In this document: positions 24,829 through 37,900 of the stretch, piece by piece | Layout of the letters: each line of letters opens with the position of its first letter | How positions within the stretch are numbered: position 1 is the first letter of the stretch | Origin: Batkoa obscura | Taxonomy: Eukaryota | DNA: 64,000 bases | Reading direction: 5' to 3' | Assembly: GCA_030770535.1 (NCBI GenBank) | Contig: JASVEC010000016.1 | Location: 558,001-622,000, forward strand | Notes under the pieces: generated by a model | The model's input: only the letters and a program-made list of their open reading frames with translations | Told to the model about the DNA's origin: nothing | Database searches by the model: none | Program-made: the position numbers and the translations under genes

Positions 24829-25154
24829 ATATGTTGTTATTTCATTCATTTATTAAAATAAATAGGTTTGTGTTTTAGAAAGGCCTGATTTTACTGTGTT
24901 TAATTTCTATCCAAAACAGTCTAATCCATGCTTAAGAACTTGTTTAGTTAAATTAAATACATTAACAATTATTATTTAATTTTGTTTAATATTTAAAGGT
25001 TTTAAAAACAAAATATTTAATAGCTAATTTTGATTCTATTTTATTTTATTAATGTTAGCTAATGTTTTAAATTTACTAAAAAAAACTTTTTATCATATGA
25101 ATTTTTTAAAGCCAATTTATTTAGCATATAAGTATTAAAAGTAGTTATATAAAT

Positions 25155-25251
25155 GGGGATGTATTTTTTTGTTTAGGGATTTCACTGACAACCTTTCCAC
25201 TCAAATAGCGCTTGAAAATGAAAAAGCGATAAAGCTAAAAAAAACACCCCC
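25155..25251 (+). mobile_element. MITE family A, copy 5
   Basis: GGGGATGT...ACACCCCC termini, TSD AAAT/AAAT. Confidence 0.85.
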
Positions 25252-25517
25252 AAATCTTAAATCTTAAATAAAAATAAAAAATAAAAATAAAAGTAAAAAC
25301 AAAAAATAAAATAATTCTAATGTTAGTTTTAATATTAAAAATTTAAATGTTAAAAATCTAAATGATATACAACTATATGAAATTTGATACTTAGCAAAAA
25401 AAGCTATAAGAGTTTTTTAACAATTAAAATAGATTTATAAATAGAAAAATAGTATGTAATAATTAATGAATCATATAAAACAAAATAAAAATAATTAACT
25501 ATTAAATCAAACAATAG

Positions 25518-25620
25518 AATACATCCCCAAATATTATTTTATTAAGAATCTTACTAACAATCTTTCCGATGAAATAGCACTCAAAAAGTGGAAAGTGATG
25601 AAACCAAAAGAATATCCCCC
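25518..25620 (+). mobile_element. MITE family A, copy 6 (rearranged or truncated left end)
   Basis: Orphan AATACATCCCC end, followed by the body AAGAATCTTACTAACAATCTTTCC...AAACCAAAAGAATATCCCCC. Confidence 0.7.
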
Positions 25621-25794
25621 ATTTTATAACATTAATATTTATTTTTTGGCTTTGAAACTTCTGTTTTAGAGATGCCTTTCTATAATTATTATCAGCTTTA
25701 AACAAGCTATAAACTTTAATAACTTTTCGACTTTTATTATTGTACCTTTTTTTTTATTGTTTTAATTTTATTGATAAAAAGTTTTTTAATATTT

Positions 25795-25885
25795 GAGAGT
25801 GTTTTTCATTACTTCTTTCATTTTTTAGCACTATTTGAGTGGAAAAGCTACCAGCAAAATTTCTTGAACAAAAAAATACATCTCC
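25795..25885 (-). mobile_element. MITE family A, copy 7
   Basis: GAGAGTGT...ACATCTCC termini, TSD ATTT/ATTT, small internal deletion. Confidence 0.8.
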
Positions 25886-27619
25886 ATTTATTAATAGAAT
25901 AAAAATAATTATCAACTATTAATTTATTATTTGTAGTTTTTAAAATATTATTTTATTTTATTTAATTTGTATACTATTAACAATAACTATATATACCTAT
26001 ATATAACTTAAAATAATAATAAACTAATAAATTAAAAGCAATCAACAAAAAATTGAGCTAAATAATAAAAGGTTTGTTTAAATATTCTTAACATTGTTTT
26101 TGTAGTGAGTTTTAATTGATTTTAACTTTGAACAAATAAGTCCAAACTAATTAGATATAGCAAGGATTAATTTTCAAAAACAGAAGAGTTCTACATTAAC
26201 TATATCATTTTCTATTGTAAATTGTATTAGTCATTTTTATTTCAAATTGATTTGTAATTTAATAAAAGGGGTGGATAAAAAACGCAAATATGTATAAGTA
26301 TGACTATACTTAAATTTAAACTATTGATATCAGAAACTTTTTAAGGATGCATAAATTGATCTTTTACAAGTGTATTAGCCAAGATAAGAATCTAATCAAT
26401 ACAAATATGCTTGTTTCAGCCTTTTTACAACTTGATTAACTGCTCATATAAAAATAATCATCAAAATTTGATTCAAATATAAGCACCAGAATATAAAAAA
26501 AACCTAATATATAAATAAATCAATTATAAAAATCACCGCTAAAAATATCGCAAAAGAGATGGAGCAGCTGTGTTTAATAGAGCATAAATTTTGAGTTTTA
26601 AAGCGGTCAAATTAATACTGACATGGGTGCAGTATAATGGCAACTCATTAAATCTTTATAAATCTCATACCAGCGAATTATATTTTACATATTTCATTCA
26701 AGCTAACATAATTTTAGGGTTGCATACGCCAGCTATTTTCTCAAAACAAGTATCAATTGTATTTATTTTAAATCTCGTCAATTCAAAGTAATTTATGCTT
26801 TGAATTGTTTCATTTCAAAATTAATATTCACCTAATTTTTGATATTATATTAGTGTCAAATGTTTATAAATTTAAGTGAATGTAGTTAGCTATGATTGAA
26901 TATTAAGTAATTTAAAATATCACAAATTTAGGTAGCTCAAATTAGTTAAAACTTCCAAAACATTTGAAATACTAAACGATCAATAAAAATTTAACAGTGA
27001 TTTAATTTAATAGAACATACCAGCTGCTTAGGTGATGTATTTAATTTATGTATATTATATCTTTATTTAAATGCCCCTCATTGAGATAAATACTTCTCTA
27101 ATAAGCTATAATAAGAAATATTTTAATTTATAATTAACTTTACTCATTAAGGAACATTCCATTACATTATAATAAATTTCCCCTCATTCTGATCAAACTC
27201 TAGCCTATAATTCTCGTTTTAAGCAAAAATTCCCCTGATTGACTCACTATAAGCTTCAAAAATAAAAGTTTTGCTGTAATTAGCAATCAATCAATAAAAG
27301 ACCAAGGCTATACATATCAGCTCCACACTATACATATTAAAATTAGCTATGGGGTATACTGCATCAAAGCTAAAAGGTTTAATCGAATTTAGATTTTTTT
27401 TAATTTGAACAATAGATAATATATTTTGCTTGATAACAATGAAACGGAAGTATGGATGATATTTAAACCCTAAAATTATCCTCATATTTAATAAAAATTT
27501 CAATTTCATATTTTAGATATATCAAAAGTACAACTTAAAAAAACTAACTACTTAATTTAATTCACTACATAATACCACTTGACCTAAGCTATTAAATACA
27601 TAGTTGGAATTTATTAAAA

Positions 27620-30600
27620 ATGAAGGAAAAGGTTAAACAAGTCGAAATCGTGGAGCATTTACTCCCTCTAGATGAAGTATGTAAAAAGTTTGAAACCAAC
27701 GTAAACCAAGGAAAACCAGCTGATAGTCAAGGTTTGACTCCAGAAAAAATCCAAAAAGCTAAAGAAGTCTACGGTCCGAACACTCTAAGTCCTGCTAAAA
27801 GAAAGCACCCAATTGTCCGTTTCCTTGAATGTTTAGGAAATCTTTTTAACGTACTTTTAGTTTTAGCCGGTATTATGACTTTCGTCATTTTTGGTATTGA
27901 CACTGTAGATAACTTTTCTTCATCTTATATTGGTGCTATCCTTGTTGGTGTTGCACTTCTTAATGCCCTTATTGAATTTATTCAACTTCAAAAATCTGCA
28001 AATGCCTTAGAGTCTTTCCTCAATATGATTCCTCAACAATGTCGTGCGGTGCGTGGCGGGTCACTAACACAAATAGCTGGAGCAGATTTGGTTCCAGGTG
28101 ATATTGTGTTTGTTCGTATGGGTGATAAAATTCCTGCTGATTTATATCTCTTTAACGTTTCTGAAATGAAAGTGGATAACTCTTCTCTTACAGGAGAATC
28201 AGAACCACAATCACGTGCTGTTGACAATGATATGAAGAATCCTCTTGAAGCTCATAACATTGGTTTCAATGGAACCTTAGTTGTTGCTGGTGAAGGTTAT
28301 GGTATCGTCATTAAAACTGGTGACTCTACTGTATTAGGACAGATTGCTGGTTTAACTGCTAATGAAAAGAAGAATCCTTCTCCACTTTCAGTTGAAATTG
28401 GCATTTTTGTTAAATTTATAGCCTCACTTGCTTGTGTAACAGGGTTAATATTTTTCTTTTTGGGTTTTGGAAATGGCATGAAAGTCAAAGATTGTCTTAC
28501 ATTTGCTATTGGTGTTTTTGCTGGTTGGGTACCAGAAGGTCTTCCAGCTACTTTAACTATGTTGCTTACTTTCGCTGCCAAGCGTATGGCTACACAAAAT
28601 GTTTTGGTGAAAGATCTTCAAGGTGTAGAAACTCTAGGTGCAATTACTCTTCTTGCTACTGATAAAACTGGTACTCTTACTCGTAATCAAATGACTGTAA
28701 CAAATATTTGGACTTCTGGAAAACTTTATTCTGCATTAAGAAATCTTGGAAACTTAGGAAACCCCATTCAACTTGATTCACCTGGTATTAATGAAGTACT
28801 TTTAAATTGTTCATTGAACTCCAGAGCTAAATTTGATCGTACTGATGTTCCAGTTGATAAAAGAGAGATTATTGGTGATGCTACTGAATCTGGTCTTGTA
28901 AGATTTGCTGCCCAAAGCCAATCCGATTTTGATAACCTTCAAAATAAATATCCTCGTGTTTTTGATATTCCATTTAACTCAGATAACAAATGGGCTATGA
29001 CTATCAGTCAAGTTCCTCATGCTAATGGTGATCTTATCCTTTACTTGAAAGGTGCTCCAGAAAGAGTATTGCGTCTCTGCTCAACTATCTTAATTGATGG
29101 ACAAGCTATCCCACTTACTGAAGAACATCAAGCAAAATTCCAAGAAACCTATGAACTCATGGCTGGCAAAGGTCATCGTGTGCTTGCATTTGCCCAACTT
29201 TTATTACCAGGCGATCAATTCCCCAAAGACTTTGTATTTGATAAGAAGCTTAACAACTATCCAACAACTGAATTAACTTTTGTTGGTCTCACTTCATTAG
29301 AAGATCCTCCAAAACATGGTGTCCGTGAAGCTATTGGTATGTGCAGAACTGCAGGTATTCGTGTAATGATGGTAACTGGTGATCACCCACTTACTGCTGA
29401 AGCTATTGGTCGTAAAATCAATTTAATGCTTTCTGACACTAAAGAAATGGTTGCTAAGAAAACTGGACGTCCAATTGAATCCATTGGTGAAGATGAATTT
29501 GATGCTATTGTCATTCATGGTGAACAAATTGATAGTTTAAGTGATCAAGATTGGGATAATATCTTTGCTAAGAATGAAATTATTTTTGCTCGTACTTCTC
29601 CACGTCATAAGCTTGAGATTGTCAAACGTGCTCAATCTATGGGACATATTGTTGGTGTTACTGGTGATGGTGTCAATGATTCACCAGCTTTAAAGAAAGC
29701 AGATCTTGGTATTGCAATGAATGAATCTGGCTCTGATGTATCTAAAGAAGCTGCTTCAATGATTCTACTTGATGATAATTTTGCTTCTACTGTCCGTGGT
29801 ATTGAAGAAGGTCGTCTTATTTTTGTTAACCTTAAAAAGTCTATCCGCTATACAATTACACATACGTTGCCAGAAGTTATTCCTCAACTCCTTTATATTA
29901 TTGTTCCAATCCCTCTTCTGCTAAATCCTCTTCAAATTTTGTCTATCGATCTTGGATTTGAGTTATGTCTTGCATTGACTTTTGCTTGGGATAAGCCTGA
30001 ATCTAAGACTGGACTAATGAAACTCCCACCTCGTAAACCAGTAACTGAAGCTTCAGTAGAAAGATTCCGTCGTATAAAAGCAGCTGAGATTCAACCTACT
30101 ATTGACCCAGAGACCGGAAATGAGAAACAACCTTCTGGATTAAAGAAATTTTTCCATTCAGTTTCAAGGATATTTTCCAAACAGTATTGGACTGATTTAT
30201 TCGAAAACAATGAAGATGAAACGGTAGTGGATTTGAATCTTATATCTTGGGCATTCTTTGAAGCAGGAGTTATTGAAGTGTTTGGTGCTGCTATCACGTC
30301 TTTCTTTGTACTTAGCTATCGTGGAATTCCATTTTACGATTCTATAAACTTCCAACAGCAAAGGGCATTTGATGATATGCCAGATAGAGATACTATGTTT
30401 TATACTAAGGGTGGTCAAGGATTTACACGTAGTGAGTTAGTGGACATTCTAGCACAATTTCAGTCCTGTTATACATTATCGGTTTGTGTGATACAAGCTT
30501 TTAATATGTTTGCTTGTAAATCCAGATTAACCTACCCATTTGGAAAACACATTTTCTCAAACTATCGTAATTTCGTTGGGATATTTTTAGGGTTCGCTTT

Positions 30601-30832
30601 ACAATTATTTATATTATACTGCCCAGGTGTTAATTTTGTATTTGGTACCTCACCTAATTTCCCATTCCAATTTATTGCTGGTCCTATCATTGCTGGCTGT
30701 GCTTTAATTATCTACTGCTCAATAAGGTTCTTTTTACTCAAACGTTTCAATCCTATCAAGTTCAACCCGGATATTGAAGGATTGATGATGCATCCAACTG
30801 TACGTACTACACGTTCCTTTATTAGAGCATAA
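27620..30832 (+). CDS. P-type ATPase, type IIC, copy 2 (tandem paralog of 21191-24418)
   Basis: Intronless, 1070 aa, same motif set. Colinear with copy 1 at an offset of 6420 bp through the catalytic core. Confidence 0.93.
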   Translation: MKEKVKQVEIVEHLLPLDEVCKKFETNVNQGKPADSQGLTPEKIQKAKEVYGPNTLSPAKRKHPIVRFLECLGNLFNVLLVLAGIMTFVIFGIDTVDNFSSSYIGAILVGVALLNALIEFIQLQKSANALESFLNMIPQQCRAVRGGSLTQIAGADLVPGDIVFVRMGDKIPADLYLFNVSEMKVDNSSLTGESEPQSRAVDNDMKNPLEAHNIGFNGTLVVAGEGYGIVIKTGDSTVLGQIAGLTANEKKNPSPLSVEIGIFVKFIASLACVTGLIFFFLGFGNGMKVKDCLTFAIGVFAGWVPEGLPATLTMLLTFAAKRMATQNVLVKDLQGVETLGAITLLATDKTGTLTRNQMTVTNIWTSGKLYSALRNLGNLGNPIQLDSPGINEVLLNCSLNSRAKFDRTDVPVDKREIIGDATESGLVRFAAQSQSDFDNLQNKYPRVFDIPFNSDNKWAMTISQVPHANGDLILYLKGAPERVLRLCSTILIDGQAIPLTEEHQAKFQETYELMAGKGHRVLAFAQLLLPGDQFPKDFVFDKKLNNYPTTELTFVGLTSLEDPPKHGVREAIGMCRTAGIRVMMVTGDHPLTAEAIGRKINLMLSDTKEMVAKKTGRPIESIGEDEFDAIVIHGEQIDSLSDQDWDNIFAKNEIIFARTSPRHKLEIVKRAQSMGHIVGVTGDGVNDSPALKKADLGIAMNESGSDVSKEAASMILLDDNFASTVRGIEEGRLIFVNLKKSIRYTITHTLPEVIPQLLYIIVPIPLLLNPLQILSIDLGFELCLALTFAWDKPESKTGLMKLPPRKPVTEASVERFRRIKAAEIQPTIDPETGNEKQPSGLKKFFHSVSRIFSKQYWTDLFENNEDETVVDLNLISWAFFEAGVIEVFGAAITSFFVLSYRGIPFYDSINFQQQRAFDDMPDRDTMFYTKGGQGFTRSELVDILAQFQSCYTLSVCVIQAFNMFACKSRLTYPFGKHIFSNYRNFVGIFLGFALQLFILYCPGVNFVFGTSPNFPFQFIAGPIIAGCALIIYCSIRFFLLKRFNPIKFNPDIEGLMMHPTVRTTRSFIRA

Positions 30833-30933
30833 TATACTTATTTAAACTATAAAAATTTAAAATAAAACATCGTATTCGAAGATCGTTAATTTTTTTAACT
30901 AAAATATTACTATTCTTTAAGATAAATTGATAT

Positions 30934-31031
30934 GGTGATGCTTTTTTAGCTTCATCACTTTTTCTATCTTTCAAGCGCTATTTGAGTAGAAAAGTTGTTA
31001 GTAAAATTCCTAAATATAAAGACACATTCTC
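30934..31031 (-). mobile_element. MITE family A, copy 8
   Basis: GGTGATGC...ACATTCTC termini, TSD ATAT/ATAT, ~100 bp downstream of the ATPase copy 2 stop. Confidence 0.8.
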
Positions 31032-31274
31032 ATATTTAGACGTAAAATAAGTACATTATTAATAGCTTTTTATATATTTTTAAGTGTACTTATAAGATGA
31101 ATAATAGGTTTTATTCAACTATCAATAAGTTGCTAAAAAGAGTTAAGACTAAAGACGAAGAATTTCTGTTTAGACTAGAAGATATCATAGGGGCTAAACA
31201 CGATAGTATGGATGCATTAAAAAATTAAAAAATAAACATTTTAATAGAAGCAAAAATACTAAAAAATAGCATAA

Positions 31275-31370
31275 GGGGATGTTTTTGGTTTCATCACTTT
31301 TTCCATCTTTTAAGCACTATTTGAGCGGAAAAATTGTTAGTAAAATTATTAAATACAAAAATATATCTCT
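31275..31370 (-). mobile_element. MITE family A, copy 9
   Basis: GGGGATGT...ATATCTCT termini, TSD ATAA/ATAA. Confidence 0.8.
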
Positions 31371-31949
31371 ATAAAGCAGTTTTCAAATTAAAAACTAAAA
31401 AACAGTATTGTCTCGCTAATTATTAAAATAAACTAATTACAAAAAATAGAGGCATTTGACTAACTCAATTGAGATAATTCGAAACATGTAAAACTAGAGG
31501 GGGCCAATTAAAAGCTTAAAATTAAGAGATTCAAAACATTTAATTAGATAACACTACTTTTACATATTTTGAATTCTCTCACCTAAATGAGCCAAATATT
31601 TGTTTTTTCGTAATTGGTCATAAACAGTATTAAACGATTAAAAGCAACATTGACATCAAGGGAAATCAAAAGAAAATTTAAAAATTAATCAATTGATAAA
31701 AACTTTACTTAAACTAATAGTATACACTTCTTTGATCTCATAATATGCAAATAATATAAGTATCTAGTAGCTATTTATATAAGTTAAAATATCATAGTTT
31801 TGCGTTTAGTGAAGGAATTCTTTAGTAGAATTTGCAAATATATTATTATCTAGAACGTTGATAGTAGATAGTAGTGTGTTAGATATAATAAACCAAAAAA
31901 ATATACCCAAAATAATAATGATTATACTAATCAATTTATAGGATCATAT

Positions 31950-32023
31950 GGAAATGTATTTTTTTGTTTAATAATTTTACTATCAGTTTTTCTGCTCAAA
32001 TAGGGCTTAAAAAATACATCCTC
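31950..32023 (+). mobile_element. MITE family A, copy 10 (internally deleted, 74 bp)
   Basis: GGAAATGT...ACATCCTC termini, TSD ATAT/ATAT. The segment after GCTTAAAA is missing. Confidence 0.75.
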
Positions 32024-32294
32024 ATATTGTGTTTTTAAAATGTTTGATTAAAATAAAACCAAAAAATAATTCGTTATAGGTAAATTTATTATAGGGTATT
32101 TAAAATAAATAAATTGTTAAAAAAATAAATAAAATATTAAATTAACAAAGCTACCACACCTCTACTGCAACATAACATAGTTGATTATTTAAGAATAAAA
32201 CCTTATTAATACCAAATTAAAATAGAAATCAGTATAATAAAAAAACCAAATAATCATAGAACTAGCTTCAAATTACCACAAATTGTATTACAAT

Positions 32295-32391
32295 GAGGAT
32301 GTTTTTTTGTGTTTAATAATTTTACTAGCAATCTTTCCACTCAAATAGCGCTTAAAAATGGAAAAATAATGAAATCAAAAAAAACATCCCC
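32295..32391 (+). mobile_element. MITE family A, copy 11
   Basis: GAGGATGT...ACATCCCC termini, full-length body. TSD ambiguous (CAAT only if the right end is CCC). Confidence 0.85.
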
Positions 32392-34377
32392 AATAGTTGC
32401 AGTAGCCCATAAATTATTTTACCAGCTAAAATTAAGTTTAAATCACTTGCTCAAAAAAAAGCTTGGAAAAATTCAACTATTTTCAATAGTTAAATTCTAT
32501 TCAAAAAAAACAGTGTGGGAAAATCCAAAATTAAACTTAAAATGAACGATTGAAAATTGTTGACTATAGCCAAGAAAAATTACTTGACAATCATTTGAAA
32601 CTAAGTTTAAATCCAACTACTCAAATTAACCACGAAAAGTTATTCTACTCTTGCGTCAAGTCTCATTATAACATTTTTATTAATAAATTAATAATTGAAA
32701 TATGTTTGTTTCGTCTCTTTTGAGAACTATCTCATTATTCATTTGAGAATAAAGCTATACCCAAACTGACGAACTATAATCAGTCAGACTCTAATAAAGT
32801 ATTCGCATAAATTAAGATATAAAAATCATTGCTAAATAATTCGCTTTCTGAATGAAACAGTAGTGATGGTAATAATAACAACGAACTCAAATAGACTAAT
32901 TTAAATGTTTATTTTTAAATCAGATAGATAAGGGAATGCTACTTTTAACCTTTAACATAGTAAAATAAATATTATAAGATCAGCTTTTAAAAAGGTTTAA
33001 CTAGAAACATTATTAAATCCTTGTAAATAATATATATTGTATATTATTTGCATTAAATTCATTATGTATAAACAATAATTAATTAATTTCAGAGATTAGC
33101 TCATACACCAACAGATATAAAAACCATTTATTAATCTAAGGTTGTATATTAAAATTTTTAATATAAAACTTCCAATTTATATCGCTCTTTTAAAAATAAT
33201 TTAGCCTACAGCCTTATAACTGTTGCAGTTCGTTTTCAACTTAGCTAACTACATATTTAAGAAAAAAATTTGTATCGAAGTTCGCTAGAACAAAGATTAG
33301 AGTTAAAAAAAATTGATTATATAAAAAATTTAGCTATAAAAATTACCACTAAAAAAGTCAATAAAAGCTGCAACAGATGGATTAAAAAAGCTATTGGCCC
33401 AAAGATTATTTAATATTCTTGAAAATTACTTTAACTCAATTACAAATTAAGAATAAAGGATATACTCAGGAAAAGGTGTTTTAAATGTAATGTTACATAA
33501 GAACAGATTCCTTGCTATAAAACAGTTTTTTAAGCTGAGACAATTAGCCTGAGCTTACGTTTAAAGCCAAAGAAATCAAAAGTCTCTTTCAAATCTACGA
33601 TATTTGTTCTTTTTTAGTTGGTAGCTTACATATTATAAGGCTAACAGCAAAGATATATTACAATAATAGCATGCTACACAAGATTGTTAAATCATTTAAA
33701 TAAAAGTCATTAATAAATCATTATATTGATGTATTAATAATTATTCTTAAATACTTGAAATGTACCTTTGGAAATATGATCAGTATAGTTCAAAGTAAAA
33801 CAAGTATTTAGTTAAAACGAAATGTTCTTATTATTATAATGCTATCTGCTTTGAGTATTATAAATATGATACTAATCTTTGAATGAATAGGACTTTATAA
33901 CTACATTAAATTTCTACTATATTAATATATTGTTAATAACAAAGGATACTATTTATAAGTTGATAGTAATTAAACTTAATCAGCTTTTAGAAAAACAAAA
34001 TTTAAACTATTTTTAGTAATAAAATAGAAATAATTAGAAGATCTTTTCAATAAGTCCAGCTTCAAATCTTATTGAATGCTGGATTTGGTAAAGAATGCAA
34101 GTTTTAAAATAAACTAATGGTTATAAGTAAAATTAGTTAAATTATTACTTAAAACCAATAATTCAAATTCCTTTTAGAAGTGTTGATTTCATAAGGAGGT
34201 TTTAATTATTATTGGCCAGAGCTTAGATTCAGCAAATCACTTAGTATTAAATTTTACTAAAATTACTAGGCTATAATTATTGTTAGCTGTTTTTATTAAT
34301 TTATATTTACTAAGATTATCAAGTTTATATTTCTTCCAATTTTAAAAGTCGTTTTCCTTTTTTTAATAAACATATAC

Positions 34378-37018
34378 ATGGCTTCGACTTCTGGAAAGAG
34401 ACAAAATAATGGTGATGAAGCGTCAATTTTGAATGCTGTAAGTAGTATAGATAAAAAAGAGTTTTCACTTAAACAGGTTATAAAAGTGATATGTGATTTG
34501 GCGTTTGAGCCAACTCTGATCTGCTCCAATAATAGTATCTATGATTGTAATTCCAACTTTTTGAAGTGTGTTGAGTTTGAAAATAAAGTGAAACTATTAA
34601 AAACTCCGATTTCGCAACTAGTTCAAGACAATTTTTATCCAAAAGATATAAATAAAAATGGAAAGAGTGAGTCAATCAACATCGAAGACATAAATAAATT
34701 AAAGCTATTTAAAGGCATTTTTGATGAAAAATTATACCCAGTTGTTATTAAACCATTTGAAAAAGTGAACAGTGAGCAATTGTATATCATTACTATTAAG
34801 AGCGGGGCAGTAATACCCAACCCAAATCAAGAAGCTAATAGCAGCCTTTCTTTAAATATTAATGCTCTTCCAAGTATTGCTACTAAAGATAAACCATTAT
34901 ATAATTTAAGCAGGGGAAGCATGACATTTTCTTCACAGAATTTGTATAATAATGGACACCAAGACAATGATTTGGAAGTATCTGATGGAAATACAAGCGA
35001 TCCAACTCTTGCATTGTTTAATGGAGTTTCCCAAGTTTTTGATTTTCTCCCTTGCTTAGTTTGGTACACTAATCTACAAGGACATTTAGAGTAAAACATT
35101 ATTATTTAAAAATAAATTTAACTAAATATTTTAGATTTATGAATAGAAAATTTAAAGAAACATTAGGCGTAGATTCAGTTACGGATGATTATACAGTAAG
35201 CTAATAAAGGTCATAATTTATTTTATTAAATCTCTTAGAAAACTATTCATCCTGAGGATTATGAATTGCTAATAGCCGGATGGTCAAATAGCTGTAAGGT
35301 AAGTATTTGTAGCATGAATATATATATTTAATACTAAATTTATATCAAAGAGTAATGCACCATTTAATTTGGAAATAAGGTTGTGTTATAATCCAACAAA
35401 ACCTCTTCCATTAGACAAGGATAATGAATATCGTTGGTATTCCCTACAATCGATTCCGATTTCAAATTGGCGAGATTCATCTTCTTTCAAATGGGCACAT
35501 ATAGCATTAGAAACAAACGAGTATAAAAGAATGAAAGAGGAAGTAATAAAGTTGAAGGTATCAGAAAAAGCAGCCATAGAAGCATCAAAGTTAAAATCGG
35601 ATTTCTTAGCAACAATGTCGCATGAAATTAGAACTCCAGTAATTTAATCATTCTATTAAAGTTGATTTCTTATTTATTTATTCTAGCTATTTGGAGTGGT
35701 TGGAAATGCATGTTTACTTAAAGACACAGATTTAAATGTGGAGCAAAGAGACCTAGTAGATAGTATTGAATTTTCTGGAAGGTTATTGATGACAGTGATC
35801 CAAGATGTATTGGATTTCTCTAGGATAGAATCAGGTAAATTAGAAATCCAACGATCAAACTTTGGTATTTCTAAAGTGTTCAAACATATGGGGCAAATGT
35901 TGAAATTAGAAGCATGTAAAAAAGGTCTTAATTTCAACATTAGATTACCTAATTATGATGGTACAATAAATGCCGATTCTTCCCGGTTGTTACAAGTGTT
36001 AACAAACCTTACAAGTAATGCTATAAAATTTACTTCTGAAGGATCAGTAACACTTGATGTGACATTAGCACCCATATATAGTAAACTAGACCAAGCTATG
36101 CTCCAGGTTAAAGTAGCTGATACTGGAATAGGAATATCACAAGAAAGTATACCTACACTATTCACACCATGGACTCAAGCAGATTTATCAAAGAGAAAGT
36201 ATTATGGAGGGAGTGGACTAGGGCTATCAATATGTAAATCATTAGTCCAACTGATGAACGGAGAAATAGGATTAGATTCGATATTAAACAAAGGGACAAT
36301 AGTATGGTTTAAATTGCCTGTTACCGTTGATAAACCTGTGACACAAGAAAATGAGTATACAACCATGGTATTTTCTCCTTCTCCAACAGCAAATAGATCA
36401 CCAAAAGACAATATGAACAATAATGACAATAACTATAATAACGGTGAAAATATAAATAAAGCTGGCGGTAATCGTATGCAATCAATAAGGTCACGTATGA
36501 ATAAACGTCAAACACTTAATAACGGTAAAAGACATTCTGGATCACCTGATACTTCTATTACCAAACATCGTATAATGATAGTCGAAGATAATCCAATCAA
36601 TCAGAGCATCATATGTAAATTCTTAGATAAGATAGGAGGGATTGAATATAAAGTTATACCGGATGGAAAGGAAGCACTTGAGTTGTATTACGAGAAAGGG
36701 TCAAAATATTATGATATTATATTATTAGATCAATCATTACCAGGGCTTAATGGAGATGAGATATGTAATAGTATAAGGGAGAATGATAATAATCAAATTC
36801 TTATTAGTATATCAGCTAATGCTCTTATTAGTGATCAAATTCATTTTAAAGATATTGGAATGAATGACCATATTTCAAAGCCAGTGACATTTGAAAAATT
36901 CAAGCAAGTGATCAATAATTGGCTAAATCAATTTAATAGTTCGGGTCACTCACCGATCATAGAAATGAGCTCAAGTCCGTTTAATAAGAGTGATTTAAAG
37001 AAGTATAGAACTAGATAG
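34378..37018 (+). CDS. Hybrid two-component histidine kinase (PAS - HisKA - HATPase_c - receiver), 5 exons
   Basis: PAS motifs LPCLVWYTN...|EFMNRKF...|KTIHPED...YRWY are spliced across four short introns. H-box SDFLATMSHEIRTP|LFG, N-box LLQVLTNLTSNAIKFT, G1 DTGIGI, G2 GGSGLGLSI. Receiver VEDNPIN...ILLDQSLPG...SAN...KP. Confidence 0.92.
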
Positions 37019-37900
37019 ATGTAATTGATTTAACGATTTTAAGTAGCTTGTTCTACTGCTATTTATAAGCACCTTTTTTACAGGAAAAAAGTTTCAACTA
37101 AAGGTGCCTTTGACTGATGTTATCATTAATGATTTTTTTATAAGTTTTATTTTGATCTATATTTGTAACTACTATTCTACCCCTATTCGATCCTTTTTAT
37201 AACGGAAACTCTGGGTGAATCAACCTTTAGCTTGGTTTATAATGCCTAACTCGACTAATACTCACTATAAATAATAATAAAAAACTTAACCTACCTGATC
37301 TACTTGTTAAGTTAATTTGCATCATTATTAGAGTGCTTGTTAATGATTGTGATCACGAAGGAACCTGTCCTACTAATTTGCATTCAAAATAAGCTATGAT
37401 GGTAATAACTCTTTTAAGCAAATGATTGTTAAGTTGTTAAAGTATCAAATTGGCCATACTAGTCACAAATCAAATATTAATTATATTGGTTGGTAAGTAT
37501 GATTGTTTTTACATAAATATATTCTTGATGGAACAGTGTATTAATAAATAGTTTTTATCATTTTAGTTTTATTATGTTTAAGTAAATTGCTGCTTTGAAA
37601 ACAATAATAGTATATCAAATGACTTGTTATTTAATTAAACCAAATTTCAAATAGTAATAAAAGTTGCTTTATATATTTATATGCTTTTTTTCACTATAGT
37701 TTAAAGCTTGCGTTTAAAAATGTTATTAACTTAATTTTTCTAAAATAAACTTAACTACACTTGATTATATGGTTTGCAAGTAATGTTGCTTATTTCAAGA
37801 AAATAAAAATAATTTAAAGTAGTTTATAATGTGTATTATAAGCGATTTCATTAATAAAACAATTATTAAATTACTAGCGTTTTAAACCTTCAAAATTTTA

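Noticed and set aside
21613..30418. Duplicated antisense and alternative-frame ORFs inside the ATPases
   Set aside because: Shadow ORFs that repeat only because the underlying DNA is duplicated.
19020..31031. Same-orientation MITEs flanking each ATPase as the cause of the tandem duplication
   Set aside because: Each copy keeps its own TSD, positions relative to the two genes do not match, and the flanks share no homology, so the insertions look later than the duplication.
32309..32545. Short ORFs 32309-32545, 25502-25705 and 48661-48864 with similar peptides (e.g. WGxFFWFHH)
   Set aside because: They are translations of MITE family A copies, not a protein family.
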